The notes under the pieces: model-generated
Seen by the model: only the letters and a program-made list of their open reading frames with translations
Database searches by the model: none
What the model was told of the DNA's origin: nothing
Made by a program: the position numbers and the translations under genes
DNA from: Callorhinchus milii
Lineage: Eukaryota
Length of the DNA stretch: 64,000 nucleotides
Reading direction: 5' to 3'
Assembly: GCF_018977255.1 (NCBI RefSeq)
Contig: NW_024704742.1
Coordinates: forward strand, 123,506,001 to 123,570,000
Shown here: in pieces, positions 44,412-57,655 of the stretch
How positions within the stretch are numbered: position 1 is the first letter of the stretch
Layout: each line of letters starts with the position of its first letter

Positions 44412-46382
44412 ACATTTGTGTAGCTTTGCACTACTGGCTGGCTAGCGGGAGGAGCTATGGGAGCCGAGGAGGGGAAAGATGAACCAATGTACGGTCACAG
44501 AGTTGAGTCTTCAGGTGGGCTTTGAAAGTGGAGAGGGAAGCTGTGAGTCAGAGAGTCTCTGGGAAGGAATTCCAGAGAGCAGGACAGATTAGCTTAAAAA
44601 CTCCCCTGCTGACAGTGGGTCAGACAGGGCAAGGGAAGCAAACATTAAAAACATACTAAAAATCCTCAGCAGGTCAATCAGCATCTCAGAATAAGAAGTT
44701 TAACTTCCAAGGCACACCTTTCATTAGAATGCAGCTGTAATTACTTTTGTTTATGGTGAGAACTCTGTGCTCCAACTCGTAGCTGAAGCATCAATCATTC
44801 ACGTGGGTGGAGCAAGAATAAGCTTGTTTTGTTTTGCTGGAGACCATGATTGGGGCTGCCCAGCTCTTAACTGATACCAAGTCATAAAATGCGTAGGAAA
44901 GTGAATGAAATTAAGTTTGAATGTGTCTGTTGTTCATTACAGAATCATAGAATTATACAGCACAGAAGGAAGCCATTCGGCCCATCGAGGTTTGTGCCAG
45001 CACTTTGAAAAGAGCTATCCAAATCGATCCCACTCCCCCGCGCTCTCCCCATAGCCCTGCAAACTTGTCCTCAAATAATTATCCACTTTTCTCTTAAAAG
45101 TTGTTTTCGAATCGGCTTCCACCATCCTTTCAGGCACCCTTTCAGTTGTTTCATGAAGAGCTTTGCATTGGACACTGCCATGATGGATGCTGCTAACTTC
45201 AGTGACGTTACACTTGGGTTCTGCTTAAGTATTTAAGTTAAATAAATGAACTTGCATAAGTAAGAATAGACCAATCTGAAAATCACATTGTTGATGTTGA
45301 CAATCACAAAGGAACACCCAACCCTAGGAGGTATTCAACTGGCAATCAAATTCAGACATGAAGTATGTGTCCTTGACATCTTAATATTTGTAGATATTAG
45401 ATCATCTCCAATGTGGACTGCTTGAATTGTTTTCGGTAGATGTAATCTTGATGTTTTCCTTTTTCAGTGGAGGATTGTTGGGACTTTTGTGCGAGTTGAA
45501 ATCTTTCCATACATTTTTTAAGAGGAATACATTTTGGCATTAAGGAAAGAGGAGAGAGAGTCACAGGCTCGGGGTGGAAGGAATACTGAGCAAGATGGGG
45601 ATGCGGGCAAGAATGACTGAAGCATAATATTGGCAAAAGGGTGTGGGGTACATCAGACTGAACACAATTGATTATGAAGGCAAGAGTGAATGAGGTTTTG
45701 TCAAAGGGTGTGAGGTGCGAGAAAAATAGCTGAAGTGGGTGAAAAAGGGGGCTCAAAAATAGGATCTCGAGGGAAATAGCCAAAGGCACATACTGCAATG
45801 TTCCCTGACCTCAGCCTGATCTGCATTTTTTTTCTTTTACAAAGTGGCCACCCTATAGTTGAGGGGAAAAGATTACAGGGTGTGGTAAGATTACCTGCTG
45901 AAAATTGCAGCATAGGGTGTGAGTCAAGTCTGGTGTTTTTTTCCCTCCAGTACCTTAAGGCAAATCCTCAATTCTCTCCCTTTTCACCATCTATATGTTC
46001 CCCTTTGTTGACATCCTCAGTTGGCACGGTGTCCATTTCCACATGTATGTGGATGACACCCAAATCTATTTCTCTGTCTCCATTTTAATTCTTATCCTTA
46101 AGAATGTTTGTGGGACAACGCAATGTGCGATTGGCTGCCACGTTGCGCCTATACAATCAATTCACTTTGCAGTGTGTTCTGCGAAGTGCTTTAAGACATC
46201 TCAAAGATGTGATAAGGCACTGTATCAAAAGCAAGTATTATTATTATATTAATTCCAAGATCAATGCTGTTCTGACTAATTGTCAAGCATCAGACATTAG
46301 AGTATTCATCTCGCAAGTGAGAGGTTCGATTCCCAAGCAGGGGGAAATCTTAGGCAAGTTTCCTTACTCCACACGCCATCCC

Positions 46383-46713
46383 GGAGTCCTGTAGCTCAGT
46401 GGTTGAGCACTCGCTTTGCAAGAGAGAGACCTGAGTTCAATTCCAGGCAGAGGGCGAAACCTTGGGCAAGTTTCCTTACTCCACACGCCTAATAATAATC
46501 CCTCCAAAAACCAAAAAACAATAATAAATTGGTCATTTTCAATCCACGACTGTTTGTGGGACATTGCTGTGCGCAATTGGCTGCCGCGTTCGCCCACAAA
46601 ATATACAGTCAATTCACTTTACAGTGTCTTCTGTGAAGCGCTTTGGGACGTCCTCCTGACGTGAAAAGCGCTATATCAAATGCAAGGATTATTATTATTA
46701 TTATTATTATTAT
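46383..46713 (+). mobile_element. Young short-subfamily SINE, preceded by a partial older head (about 46295-46378)
   Basis: Nearly identical to 6705-7020 and 53355-53678. Confidence 0.93.
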
Positions 46714-47702
46714 CCCTCCTGACGTGCAAGATGCCAGTAGACGTTTCTTGGCCAACATTCACCGAGATGATTGATCATTCACCACATGGGTGACACGTTT
46801 GCCCACAAACACTTAAGACAGACACCTCATTCTACAGTAAACCCTGTGAAGGACTTTGCAACGATGTGATCAGGAGCTCTACGATCAAATGCAAGGATTA
46901 TTATCGTGCAAATCTGACTTGTAATTGTGTGAAAAAAAAATCTCAACTTGCAGAAGGGTTCAGGGGTCCAACGGGGGTGGTGTTGCAGTTCGAGTAGGAA
47001 CCACCAGGGGCGCTTTTGGAAGCTGACACTCACTGTAACGTGACTCATTGTAACGTGGTAACTGTGGAAGACAGAAGTCATTGGTCCGGACTGGACTGGA
47101 CTGGAAGCGACCGAGTGTGTGCAATCGAAGGCTTGGAATTGTTTTTTTTGGGGGAGAAAAAAATCCCATTTTCCACATGCACACGTTTCCCCAGAAGCGT
47201 CAGTTTACCACCAGCAAAGCTACAGAGGTAAACACGGGGATGGGAACCCGATCAGAGAGAGAGAGGGGGGAAAAAAAAAACCCCAACGTTAATCCCTGGG
47301 AAGGAAATCGTTATGGATTAAAGCTGTGCACTTGCACGTTGCACTTCGGTGTTTTAATGGTGCAAACAACGTGCAGCTCAGTTTGTCTCTTAAACCTGAT
47401 GGGCAATGCGGGGAGGGAGAGGGAGGGCAGGAGGAGGGGGAGGGCAGGAGGAGGGGAGGGAGGGAGGGCAGGAGGAGGGGGAGGAGGTTGTGTGGCTTCC
47501 AGCTGTTGCCTGTATTTCGCCTTTGCATCGCACACATCGCTTGTAATACTCTCTTCCCTCTTTATTTCCTGGGTCACATCAACCATCCTCTCTCTCTCTC
47601 TCTCCTCTCTCTCTCTGGACGTGTTTTGCTGAGGGGAGGGGGGAGGGCGCTGTGGCAACGTCTTACGTTTTCTTCCTGGGAAATGGGGATAGGCTGAGCA
47701 GC

Positions 47703-48285
47703 TCATCCCTCCCTCCCTCCCCTCCTCTCTGTCTCCCCTCCTCCACCCATCTCTCTCCCCCCCCACCCCATCCCCTCCTCTCTGTCTCCCCTCCTCCACC
47801 CATCTCTCTCCCCCCCCCCACCCCATCCCCTCCTCTCTGTCTCCCCTCCTCCACCCATCTCTCTCCCCCCCCACCCCATCCCCTCCTCTCTGTCTCCCCT
47901 CCTCCACCCATCTCCCCCCCCCCACCCCATCCCCTCCTCTCTGTCTCCCCTCCTCCACCCATCTCTCTCCCCCCCCCACCCCATCCCCTCCTCTCTGTCT
48001 CCCCTCCTCCACCCATCTCTCTCCCCCCCCACCCCATCCCCTCCTCTCTGTCTCCCCTCCTCCACCCATCTCCCCCCCCCCACCCCATCCCCTCCTCTCT
48101 GTCTCCCCTCCTCCACCCATCTCCCCCCCCCACCCCATCCCCTCCTCTCTGTCTCCCCTCCTCCACCCATCTCCCCCCCCCCCCCACCCCATCCCCTCCT
48201 CTCTGTCTCCCCTCCTCCACCCATCTCTCTCCCCCCCCCACCCCATCCCCTCCTCTCTGCCTCCCTCCCTCCCTCCCTCCCTCCT
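47703..48285. repeat. Pyrimidine-rich minisatellite, about 11 units of 50-56 bp, upstream of PLPP1
   Basis: Unit CCCCATCCCCTCCTCTCTGTCTCCCCTCCTCCACCCATCTC(TCTC)C(n)A. Confidence 0.95.
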
Positions 48286-48626
48286 GCACAGATTTTTTTT
48301 AAAAAAAGGGGATGGTGTTAGTTTTGCAACCTTCCTCTGCTTTGCAGTCTCTCTCTCTCTCCTCCCCCCCCCCCCCCCCAAAGGTTGTTTGCAATCAGTG
48401 TGGGTGGGTCGGTGCTGAAGAGATCATTGCAGTCAGAGTCTCTCAGTGTGAGTGGAGCTCAGTGAAGTTGGGAAAATCCTCGTTACACTGTGTGAGCAGT
48501 GGGTGGAGACAGACAGACACACACACACACACAGAGGGAGAGAGCAAGTCGGCCATTAATATCTTTGCAGATCAGATACATGTGTATATATATTAGAGAG
48601 TGAAGAGTCCTTTTAAGTCCTCTCCT

Positions 48627-48882
48627 CACACACACACACACAGACAGACACACAGACAGACAGACACACACACAGACAGACACACAGACAGACACACACA
48701 CACAGACAGACACACAGACAGACAGACACACACACAGACAGACAGACAGACACACACACAGACAGACACACACACAGACAGACACACACACACACACACA
48801 GACACACACACACAGACAGACAGAGACACACAGAGACAGACACACACACAGACAGACAGACACAGACAGACAGACACACACA
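48627..48882. repeat. Compound (CA)n/(CAGA)n microsatellite
   Basis: Seen directly. Confidence 0.95.
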
Positions 48883-49155
48883 CCGGGACACAGTGTTGCA
48901 CAGGGAAGTGATACAAAGTGTAAAGAGCAAACAGTCGGATCCAGTGACCTGAGGAGAGTGGAGTCGTACCTTTACCGCAGTTCCTGCTCTGACAGCACTG
49001 ACTGACTGACTGACCACCGCACACTCCGGGGGGGAAATCGGCCTTTAATCTCCTGTTGTTGTTGTTGTTGTTGTTGTTGCACAAAATAAAAGGACATCGC
49101 CCTCCATTCCCACCTCCTGCTCAGTGACCGGGGGCTCGGCGCGAGGCTCGGGGGG

Positions 49156-49213
49156 ATGTTTGACCGCCGGAGGCTGCCTTTCGTCTGTCTGGATGTCCTG
49201 TGCCTGGTCCTGG
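49156..49213 (+). CDS. PLPP1: PLPP1 (PPAP2A, lipid phosphate phosphatase 1) coding exon 1: MFDRRRLPFVCLDVLCLVL; the gene continues beyond the window
   Basis: 58-nt coding exon ending G|GTGAGT. It resembles the recalled human N-terminus MFDKTRLPYVALDVLCVLL and lies downstream of SLC38A9 on the same strand, as in recalled human synteny. No exon 2 was recognised before 64000. Confidence 0.9.
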
Positions 49214-49288
49214 GTGAGTGCCGCTGACACGGGCTCTTGTGGGTTCGTTTGTACACTGCAGCGCTTTCCATTTCCTTCTGTCAAAGTT

Positions 49289-50150
49289 CACACACACACA
49301 CGTGTGTGTGAGGGGGTCTGTGTGTGTGTGTGTCTGTGTGTCTGTGTGTGTGTGTGTGTGTGGGGAGGGGGGGCTGTGTGTGTGGGGGAGGGGGGGGCTG
49401 TGTGTGTGGGGGGGGGCTGTGTGTGTGGGGGGGGGGCTGTGTGTGTGGGGGGGGGGGCTGTGTCTGTGTGTGTGTGAGGGTGTGTGTGTGTGTGTCTGTG
49501 TGTGTGTGTGTGGGGGGGCTGTGTGTGTGTGAGGGTCTGTGTGTGAGGGTCTGTGTGTGGGTGTGTGTGTGGGGAGGGGGGCTGTGTGTGTATGAGGGTC
49601 TGTGTGTGGGTGTGTGTGTGGGGAGGGGGGGCTGTGTGTGTGTGTGTGAGGGTCTGTGTGTGTGTGGGGGGGCTGTGTCTGTGTGTGTGTGAGGGTCTGT
49701 GTGTGTGGGGGGGGGTGTGTCTGTGTGTGGGTCTGTGTGTGTGTGGGGGGGGCTGTGTCTGTGTGTGGGTCTGTGTGTGTGTGGGTCTGTGTGTGTGTGG
49801 GGGGAGGGGGGGCTGTATCTGTGTGTGTGAGGGTCTGTGTGTGTCTGTGTGTGTGTGGGGGGGGCTGTGTCTGTGTGTGTGTGGGGGGGGCTGTGTCTGT
49901 GTGTGTGTGTGTGGGACTGTGTGTGTGTGGGTCTGTGTGTGTGTGGGTCTGTGTGTGTGAGGGTCTATGTGTGTGTGGGTCTGTGTGTGTGTGTGGGGAG
50001 GGGAGGCTGTGTCTGTGTGTGTGTGTGAGGGGCTGTGTATGTGTGTCTGTGTGGGGGCTGTGTGTGTGTGTCTGTGTGTGTGGGTGTGTGTCTGTGTGTG
50101 TGGGTGTGTGTAGGGAGGGGCTGTGTGTGTGGGTGGTGGGTGGGGGGGTG
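49289..50150. repeat. Compound (TG)n/G-run low-complexity tract in PLPP1 intron 1
   Basis: Seen directly. Confidence 0.95.
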
Positions 50151-51424
50151 TTGGATGGTGGGAAAAAGTTTATTTTTAATTGCATTTGTGATTGATCACC
50201 AGGGGTTCGATGGTTTTTACTGTATCCACTTGTGTTTCTGTTGTGTTTTGTTATTTTCGCTTCTTCAGTTCATCCCTTTTCTTCTCCTCCCCCCACCTCC
50301 CACCCTCATTCCCGACGGGAAAAACCGGGAAGCACAAAGCTAAGCCGAGCCATGCTTGGGAAAAGGCGATTGCAAAACAATTCAGAGCCAGAATCAGATC
50401 AGATCACCCTCCCAATAAAGGGAAAGGAGGGAGGGAGAGGGGAGAGGGAGGGATGGTACAAGAAGGTAAACAATAAACAGCATCAGCAGGTTTTAAATCC
50501 CAGTGACCTGATTTCTCACCGTCTTGTGTTAAAGACAAGATGAAATACAGGATAAAACTTGCCGCAGAAGGACAATATTTAAGAAGGATTCGGTCAATTG
50601 TGTCTTTGCTGTGACTTGCTCCCCCTCCTCCTCCCACAGGGACTGGGATTATCTGTTAATGTGACCCAGACAGTCAATCCCTGGCTCAGTGTCAGTCCCC
50701 AGATAGTCCACGATGTCAGCTGGTTTAGTTTCCCCACTCCCTAGTTTGTCAGCTTTTGGCACTGCTTCGATGTCTCACTAATAGGACAAACCCATGTCTT
50801 TAACACACAATAATATTTATATTTATATAAATAAAGACACCAACATGATTTGCAGATCTAATCTAAATCGGGATGAAATGAGATTCCAGCAACAAATTGA
50901 CCCAAAACACATCGTCAGTCTGTATCCCCAGTGTAACTCAGTGGTAGTAATAAATAATAAAAATAAATGAATTTATAACTCAGTGGTAACCTGAATAGCA
51001 AGATCAGTGCCAAGTGAAGGATGGATCAAGTTATAAATGTTTCATGATTCAAATTCTTTAGGTTGAACGAGGCAGGTGTTAGAACTAGGCATCTGTGTGG
51101 GTGGGTGATAGGGGGTCTCCCTCGATACTAGAACCGTGCACATGAATCCCTGATTCCTAGTTTCCCCCTTTGCTTCAATTTACCCTCTTGGTTCTCATGA
51201 AGGCACGGACTCTGGTGAAATAGTGTTCCACAACAACAAACAGTGCCATAGTACCTTACCCAGGTGATCATTGTTCAAGAACAAACCAAGATAGTATTGG
51301 AGAAAAATTCCAATGAGTGCTTTGCACATTGCCTTTGGCGATGTCTGCATGGATGGTATTTGTGTTGTTGTCTCCAAAACGCGCACCGCATGTAATACTC
51401 AATGGCATTTTACCCCCCTAAGTG

Positions 51425-51640
51425 GTGACTTGCTATTCGGCCATGTGCATATCGCAGCTGAGGCTGAACCTTACCTCATCTAACATTGAAAGTGGTTACT
51501 TTCCAGCAGGGATCCCTGGATGGTGATCAGGAATAGGATGTTTAGCTGATTTTTTTCCCCACTATTCCGAGATGTGGTATAACTATTGTAACCTCAGTTA
51601 ATGTCAGCCCAGACTGGAATCAAACCAGATACCTTCAGGG
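51425..51640 (-). mobile_element. AmnSINE2-like ancient SINE remnant
   Basis: The reverse complement gives gggaaaaaaatcagctaaacatcctattcctgatcaccatccagggatccctgctggaaag, resembling the recalled AmnSINE2 core; a weaker remnant lies at about 35265-35350. Confidence 0.55.
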
Positions 51641-53354
51641 CATGTACTCTTCACATTATTATTATTATTTTCACTCTACCCTAATGCGGTTTTCCAACTG
51701 AGTTACAGAGAAGTGCTTAGATAGTTTTTTTTAAAAAAACATCCATAGAGTGAGAAGTTCATTTTAAAACAGTAACTAGCTCGTGGGTAGGACATATGCT
51801 GCATTACACACAGAGTAGTGCGGCTCAAGTCAAACCACTGAAACATTTTCAAGCACATTTTGCACGTCTTATTCAGTAGTCACTCAAGACCAGGTGATAT
51901 ACTCTCCACTCCTATAAAATAACTGATTATTTTAATATAAGCTATACATTTTAATCATAGGCTAATATGTTATTTTACTAACTGCACAACAGAAAAGAGA
52001 CGGAATTCATAATGCGAGGGAGGTAGTGGTTTTCTACTCCCAACACCTTAATTCACGGAATAAAATATGATTGCAAAGGATAGTTTATCCATAAAGTTTT
52101 TTTAAAAAAAGTTTGTTGTCAAATTTCAATGTCAGATTAATTTTAAACTAATTTTTGACAACAAAACAAATTACTTCTTCAGTTTGCCTGGATTGGTATA
52201 TACAGGATCTGAGATTTAGGAATCTGAAAATTTCCACCAACTCATTAATTTTAAACCTGGCAAAGTACTACGTGTTCTGGAAAGATAGTGTTGCAGTTTC
52301 ATGTATTTTTGGGACAAACTGAGTCTTTGTAACCAAGAAACTTAAATTATCAGCCCATAGATAGCAGCTCTGTGAATTACTGCCCCTTCTTTTTTTGCAA
52401 TATGTTGTGAATTGAATATGAAGCAATTATGATACCGTATTATCCCTGTGCCTTAGAGAATCATATTTTGTCCTCTGGGTTTGTTAGTTTTGCCTAAGAA
52501 AATTTGTTAAAAGAACAAAATGTTTATACATTATGTATGAACGAATCTATTCAAAACCAAACTAGCCGGAAGGAGCGATAGATAGAGATTACTTGAAATA
52601 CAGGTATTGAAGGACGCAGAGAAAAGAAGGAAAATGGGATTAAAAAATCTGCCATGATCTAATGCAATAGTAGAACAAACTTGAGTGGCAGGATAGCCAA
52701 ACATTTCTGTGTTCCTGCCCCCATATCCATCTCAGCTCGGACTTTCGAAAGCATTTTCAGTTGTTCCCATTTATTTGAAAGATCCTACGTGAATGCAAAT
52801 TGCTTGTTTGGTTGGTTATCTTGATCCACTTGTTGCATGGAACCAGCGGTACGTGGCACTACAGGAAAGCAGTGTGCTTTTAAACAGTGACAAGAGATGA
52901 TCAACTAGGCGTCCAGTAGATGTTGACTGGCATTTAGAGACTTTAAGTAGCTGCTTACATTGGTGAAGGTTTCATACCAGCTCATTAGCTCACCCTCTTG
53001 GCCAACACTTAGATTTTGTAAGAGGTAATGGAGAAGCAGAAGCTGACCAAATAGTTGTGGTTAAAGAAGGGAAGAAAACGTTAATAGCGAACATTCACTC
53101 CCAATCCTAGAGCAGTCTTATATGATTATAAAGCTAGAACAAGTGTGATTGTATTCTTCTGTTGCATGTATAGGAAATATGAGATATTATTCGTAATAAT
53201 AATCCTTGGATTTGATATAATGTCTGTAACAAAGTGTCTTAAAGAGCTTCACAGGAAATAGCAGTGATTGTATTCATCACTGATTGTATATGGCAACCAA
53301 TTTGCACGCAGGAATGTCCCACAAACAGCCGTGAAATGAATGACTCATTTACTT

Positions 53355-53697
53355 ATAATAATAATAATAATAATCCTTGCATTTGATATAGCGCTTTTCA
53401 CGTCGGGAGGACGTCCCAAAGCGCTTCACAGAAGACACTGTAAAGTGAATTGACTGTATATTTGTGGGCGAACGCGGCAGCCAATTGCGCACAGCAGTGT
53501 CCCACAAACAGTCGTAGATTGAAAATGACCAATTTAATTATTGTTTGGGGTTTTTTGGAGGGATTATTATTAGGCGTGTGGAGTAAGGAAACTTGCCCAA
53601 GGTTTCGCCCTGCCTGGAATTGAACTCAGGTCTCTCACTTGCAAAGCGAGTGCTCTAACCACTGAGCTACAGGACTCCTCCTGAGCTACAGGACTCC
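53355..53697 (-). mobile_element. Young short-subfamily SINE with a duplicated 5' end
   Basis: Reverse complement of the 46383 copy; ctgagctacaggactcctc occurs twice in tandem. Confidence 0.93.
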
Positions 53698-55619
53698 TCT
53701 TGGAGGCTTAGTGGTGGTGGGGAGGAGAGAGAATTGGGCCTTACCCAACCTATTTAGTCTCCCGAAGTCAAGTTTCCCAAAGACAACTGCAGGATACTTG
53801 ACCAAACGCTGCGTTATAGATTCTTGATTAGTCTCCTTTCCTTGCCATGATGCGTCCATGGTTCCAGCATCAGCTTGAGGGCAATTGCAATCGAATTACA
53901 ATAATAATCCTTGCATTTGATATAGCGCCTTTCACGTCGGGAGGATGACCCGAAAGATAAAGTGCAGTGACTGTGTGCGTTTCCTTGTGTGGATGAACAC
54001 CTATGAATTACAGAGTTGTACCAAATGGCATCCATGTGGTTCATCCGCCGCCCATCTCTGTCGTTGTTCTTTCTGAGCCTCAATCCCGTTCCCAAACTGG
54101 ACGCTCTTACAATTTTTTTTGTGAAGGTGTTGATTGACACCCAAAGTGGGTACATTTTTTTCATAGACCGACACAAATCTTAAGGGAAATGTGCTGAATC
54201 TTGCCATGAAATTGGATTTATTTCTGTTCTGGAGCCAGCCTGCTTCAATAATTGTGATTTTTGACCCTCTAATCCTTGCAATCGTAGTACGGTAATTATG
54301 TGCCGCTGTGGATATATTTAAACAGACCATGCTTGCCGCATAATCTTTCTGTTACTTGCCTTATAGGAAGGGAGTGCTTTAGCCCAAACCATGGACATGA
54401 GGCTTCTTTCTTTGTTCATTATGATCAATGTACTATTCTTTGTGGGAATATGACAAAAGTTGCTAGTGTGTTTCCATTTGTATGTAGGCAACCAACCAAC
54501 CACACACTCATGCCACATGATGGCTGTCTTCTGCCAACAAACCGACTGCATTGACCACAGAATTCTTGTCTGTCCTCTTTATGTATATTTATTTTTTTTA
54601 AAATGCAGCTTTTTTCTTTTTTTGCAGCTTCCAAACATTTTTGGGAGAATGCCTCCCACCCCCTCCCTCAAAATTCATGAACTGTCACAAGCAATGCATT
54701 TTGCTGTCTGCAAAACTAAATTGAGCTTAAGTAATTAAGCGTTTGCCAGTCTGGTAAGAATGAAACCCAAATACTGAATTGTTCAGGCATTGGGTTGCAA
54801 ATTTTGCTGGTAGCACGTTCCCTGGCTGGAATAGATTATAAAATCCATTAACAAGTCGCATGTCAGCTAGCACTAAATTCGAGCCTTGTATCAACATATG
54901 CAAACATTTACCCGGCATTGAATGTATTATTTAGCTATCGAGGTGAAAGACTTAGATTGCCATTTTCATGAACTGTCTTTAATGCCAAAGGGCTTTCTAC
55001 CACTGTTGCCATCTTTGTAAATGCCTCCTATGGCATGTGTGAAGGAACAAAAGACTCGAGAAAGAATTTGCTTGTTTCAAATCCAGCTGGTTTTGTAGAA
55101 ATGTCAAGAGCTTCCCACGCATCCCCGATTGTTACAGTACAATCCTCGGAATAAGAGGTGAAATAATCGTAGGGTGAAAACCAAAGAAACTCTAAATATA
55201 AGGGTACAAATTGCAAGGTTGGTACTGAGGACAGTAAGGAAAATGACATGCGAGAGTTTTTACTGTTTTTTGTGGCGGGGGGAACTTCAATAGTTTTCCA
55301 CTGCAGCAACCTATTTAATCCCCATGGAGAAATACAGTATTGCCTTTCTGTTCTAGTCATGTTACTGAACCGCTTTGGGTCTGATATCCTGGGATTCGGG
55401 TGTAAATTACACCTACCTACCCTCCCATGTGGCTCTGCCAGCCAGACAGCTAAAACAAAGCACGATTAGGGCTGAGCACTCTCCCAAAGGCATTGTTGCT
55501 GCCAATATCTCCAGATGTGCTAAGAAAGCAAGTTTGCAGAAGTTATTTTTCACACAAAAGCATATGAGAATGTGGAATGCATTGACACGAAATGGCCATA
55601 AACGGGATCATTAAAAAGG

Positions 55620-55832
55620 GAGCAAAAACAGAAGTCACTGGGAACTCCCAGCAGGTCAGGCAGCATCTATGGAGAAAAGGAAAATGAGTCAACGTGTCGG
55701 GTCCACGACCCTTCGTTAGATCAGTTTCGCCCACAAATATACGGTCAATTCACTTTTCAGTATATCCTGTGAAGCGCTTTGAGACGTCCAGAAGACGTGA
55801 AAAGCGCTATATCAAATGCAAGGATTATTATT
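55620..55832. mobile_element. Penelope-like repeat fragment (-, hammerhead core mutated) abutting a SINE 3' half (+)
   Basis: Homologous to 24185-24275; the core reads CUAACGA...GACAC. Confidence 0.7.
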
Positions 55833-57456
55833 TTTTTAATTCATGGCTGATTGGGGAACATTGCCCTGACCAGGTTGGCTGTTGTGTTTGCTCCACGATA
55901 TACTCAGTTACTCGGCTGGATGGACATCACCTGCAGGAGACCTGCCTGATTTCTCACACCTCACACACAGCACCGCTCACACACACACAGTAACCCCCCT
56001 ACTTCCCTAATTCACTGTTGATGAGACAATTATAATGCACCAACAATAATAATAATAACTGAGGTTGTCTAACTCAGATTGTTACTATCTGGTCTGTAAC
56101 AATCTTTCTAAACCAAACTCCAAAACGAAACTTCAAAGCAACAGGAACAAACTTGGGCACTCTTCAAGGCTTGGTTCCCTTGTTTCTCTTGGCTCTGATT
56201 CCAGAGAGGAAAGGTATATTAAGGGGCTTTTTAAAAAATCTACCTTTTCATTAAATTAATGTAAGCACTCAATAAATATGACGATCAAGTTACAATTTCC
56301 AACATATTTTTTAAAAAAACTAGCATTGTGCTTGTGCAAATCATAAAGACAAACTGTGCGTTTGGAATCTTGGCATCTTCATGTTGTGTTGCAAGACATG
56401 TAGTAGGAAAATTGCAAGTGTTGGCTTGTGTCTTTCACAATGTGATGTGATGCTTGGCTTCTGTCCGCATTCCATCGATCACCTTTGCCGTCGCTACATG
56501 ATTTCGGATAAAGGCCGGTACTGACAAATGATTGTACAAAATAGTTTAAATGATTTCTTGTGCAGTCTCGTAGCTGAGTTTTGAGCTACTATTCTCAGTT
56601 CCCTTAGATTCTTTCACCAAATCCCTTTTCATTACACCTGACTTCACTGCCTTTAAACCTTTATGGAAATCTATTTGTTTTACCGTACACCTTTTGTCAA
56701 CATTCAAAACTTCTTCCTGCTTGATAGTGTCATTGTAATGTGATTTGAGTCACTAACCTTGTGAAAGATGCTATATAATCATGTAAATAATCCTTGCATT
56801 TGATATAGTGGTTTCATGTTACGAGGACATCTGAAAGGCTTCACAGGATTTATGGTAAATGTGACTTATTTGGTAGGCGAACGTATTAGGGCATAATTGA
56901 TGAAGTAGTGGGTTTCTCTCAGTTGTACAGGCGAATATCTCTCTTGTTGGAATTCACCCTCAAAATTAGTTTCTCATTTCATTATATGTAGGATGTGCCC
57001 GATGTAAATTAGCTGCTGTATTGGACTACATAACATTCTGTTCAGATGTGGCAGGATACCCACCCAGGCAGGAGACGAGCTGTATATTTGAGGAGGGAAT
57101 GGATAGCAGGTTTAGATTTTATAGCCTAGTCCAAATTAATGTAAGTTGGTCTTGCTCAGATCAGGTTAAATTGCAACATTCATTTTTCTTTCCCAGCACA
57201 GCCCAACTCGATCAGTAATATCCATTTGGGGGGAAGTACTTAGCGCTTTGAGAAGCCATCCAGCGTGAAGGGTGCTATATAAATGCACATTGTTGTTGTT
57301 CTGTGTGCCTAACACCCATCAAAACTTACCCCATCAAGCAACTGTCAATATATTCAGAAGAGGAGGGGGAAATATTATTTTGGAAAAAATGTTACTAGGA
57401 AGAACTATATCAGCTTAATTCACACCTCACCATCTGCATCTGATTTCTTTAAAAGA

Positions 57457-57655
57457 ATAATAATCCTTGCATTTGATATAGCACCTTTTCACATCTTCTA
57501 GATGTCTCAAAGCTCTTCAGAGAATATATTGTAAAATGAATTGACTGTATATTTTGTGGGCGAAACCCGGCAGCCAATTGTCTACAGCAGTGTTCCACAA
57601 ACAGTAATGGATTGAAGTGACCAATTTATTATTATTTTGAAGGAATTATTATTAT
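57457..57655 (-). mobile_element. SINE 3' half
   Basis: Matches the in-window consensus. Confidence 0.85.

Noticed and set aside
47311..50343. Long ORFs (356, 354, 216 aa and others) around the PLPP1 promoter
   Set aside because: They are translations of stop-free low-complexity repeats (CV, TH, GG runs)
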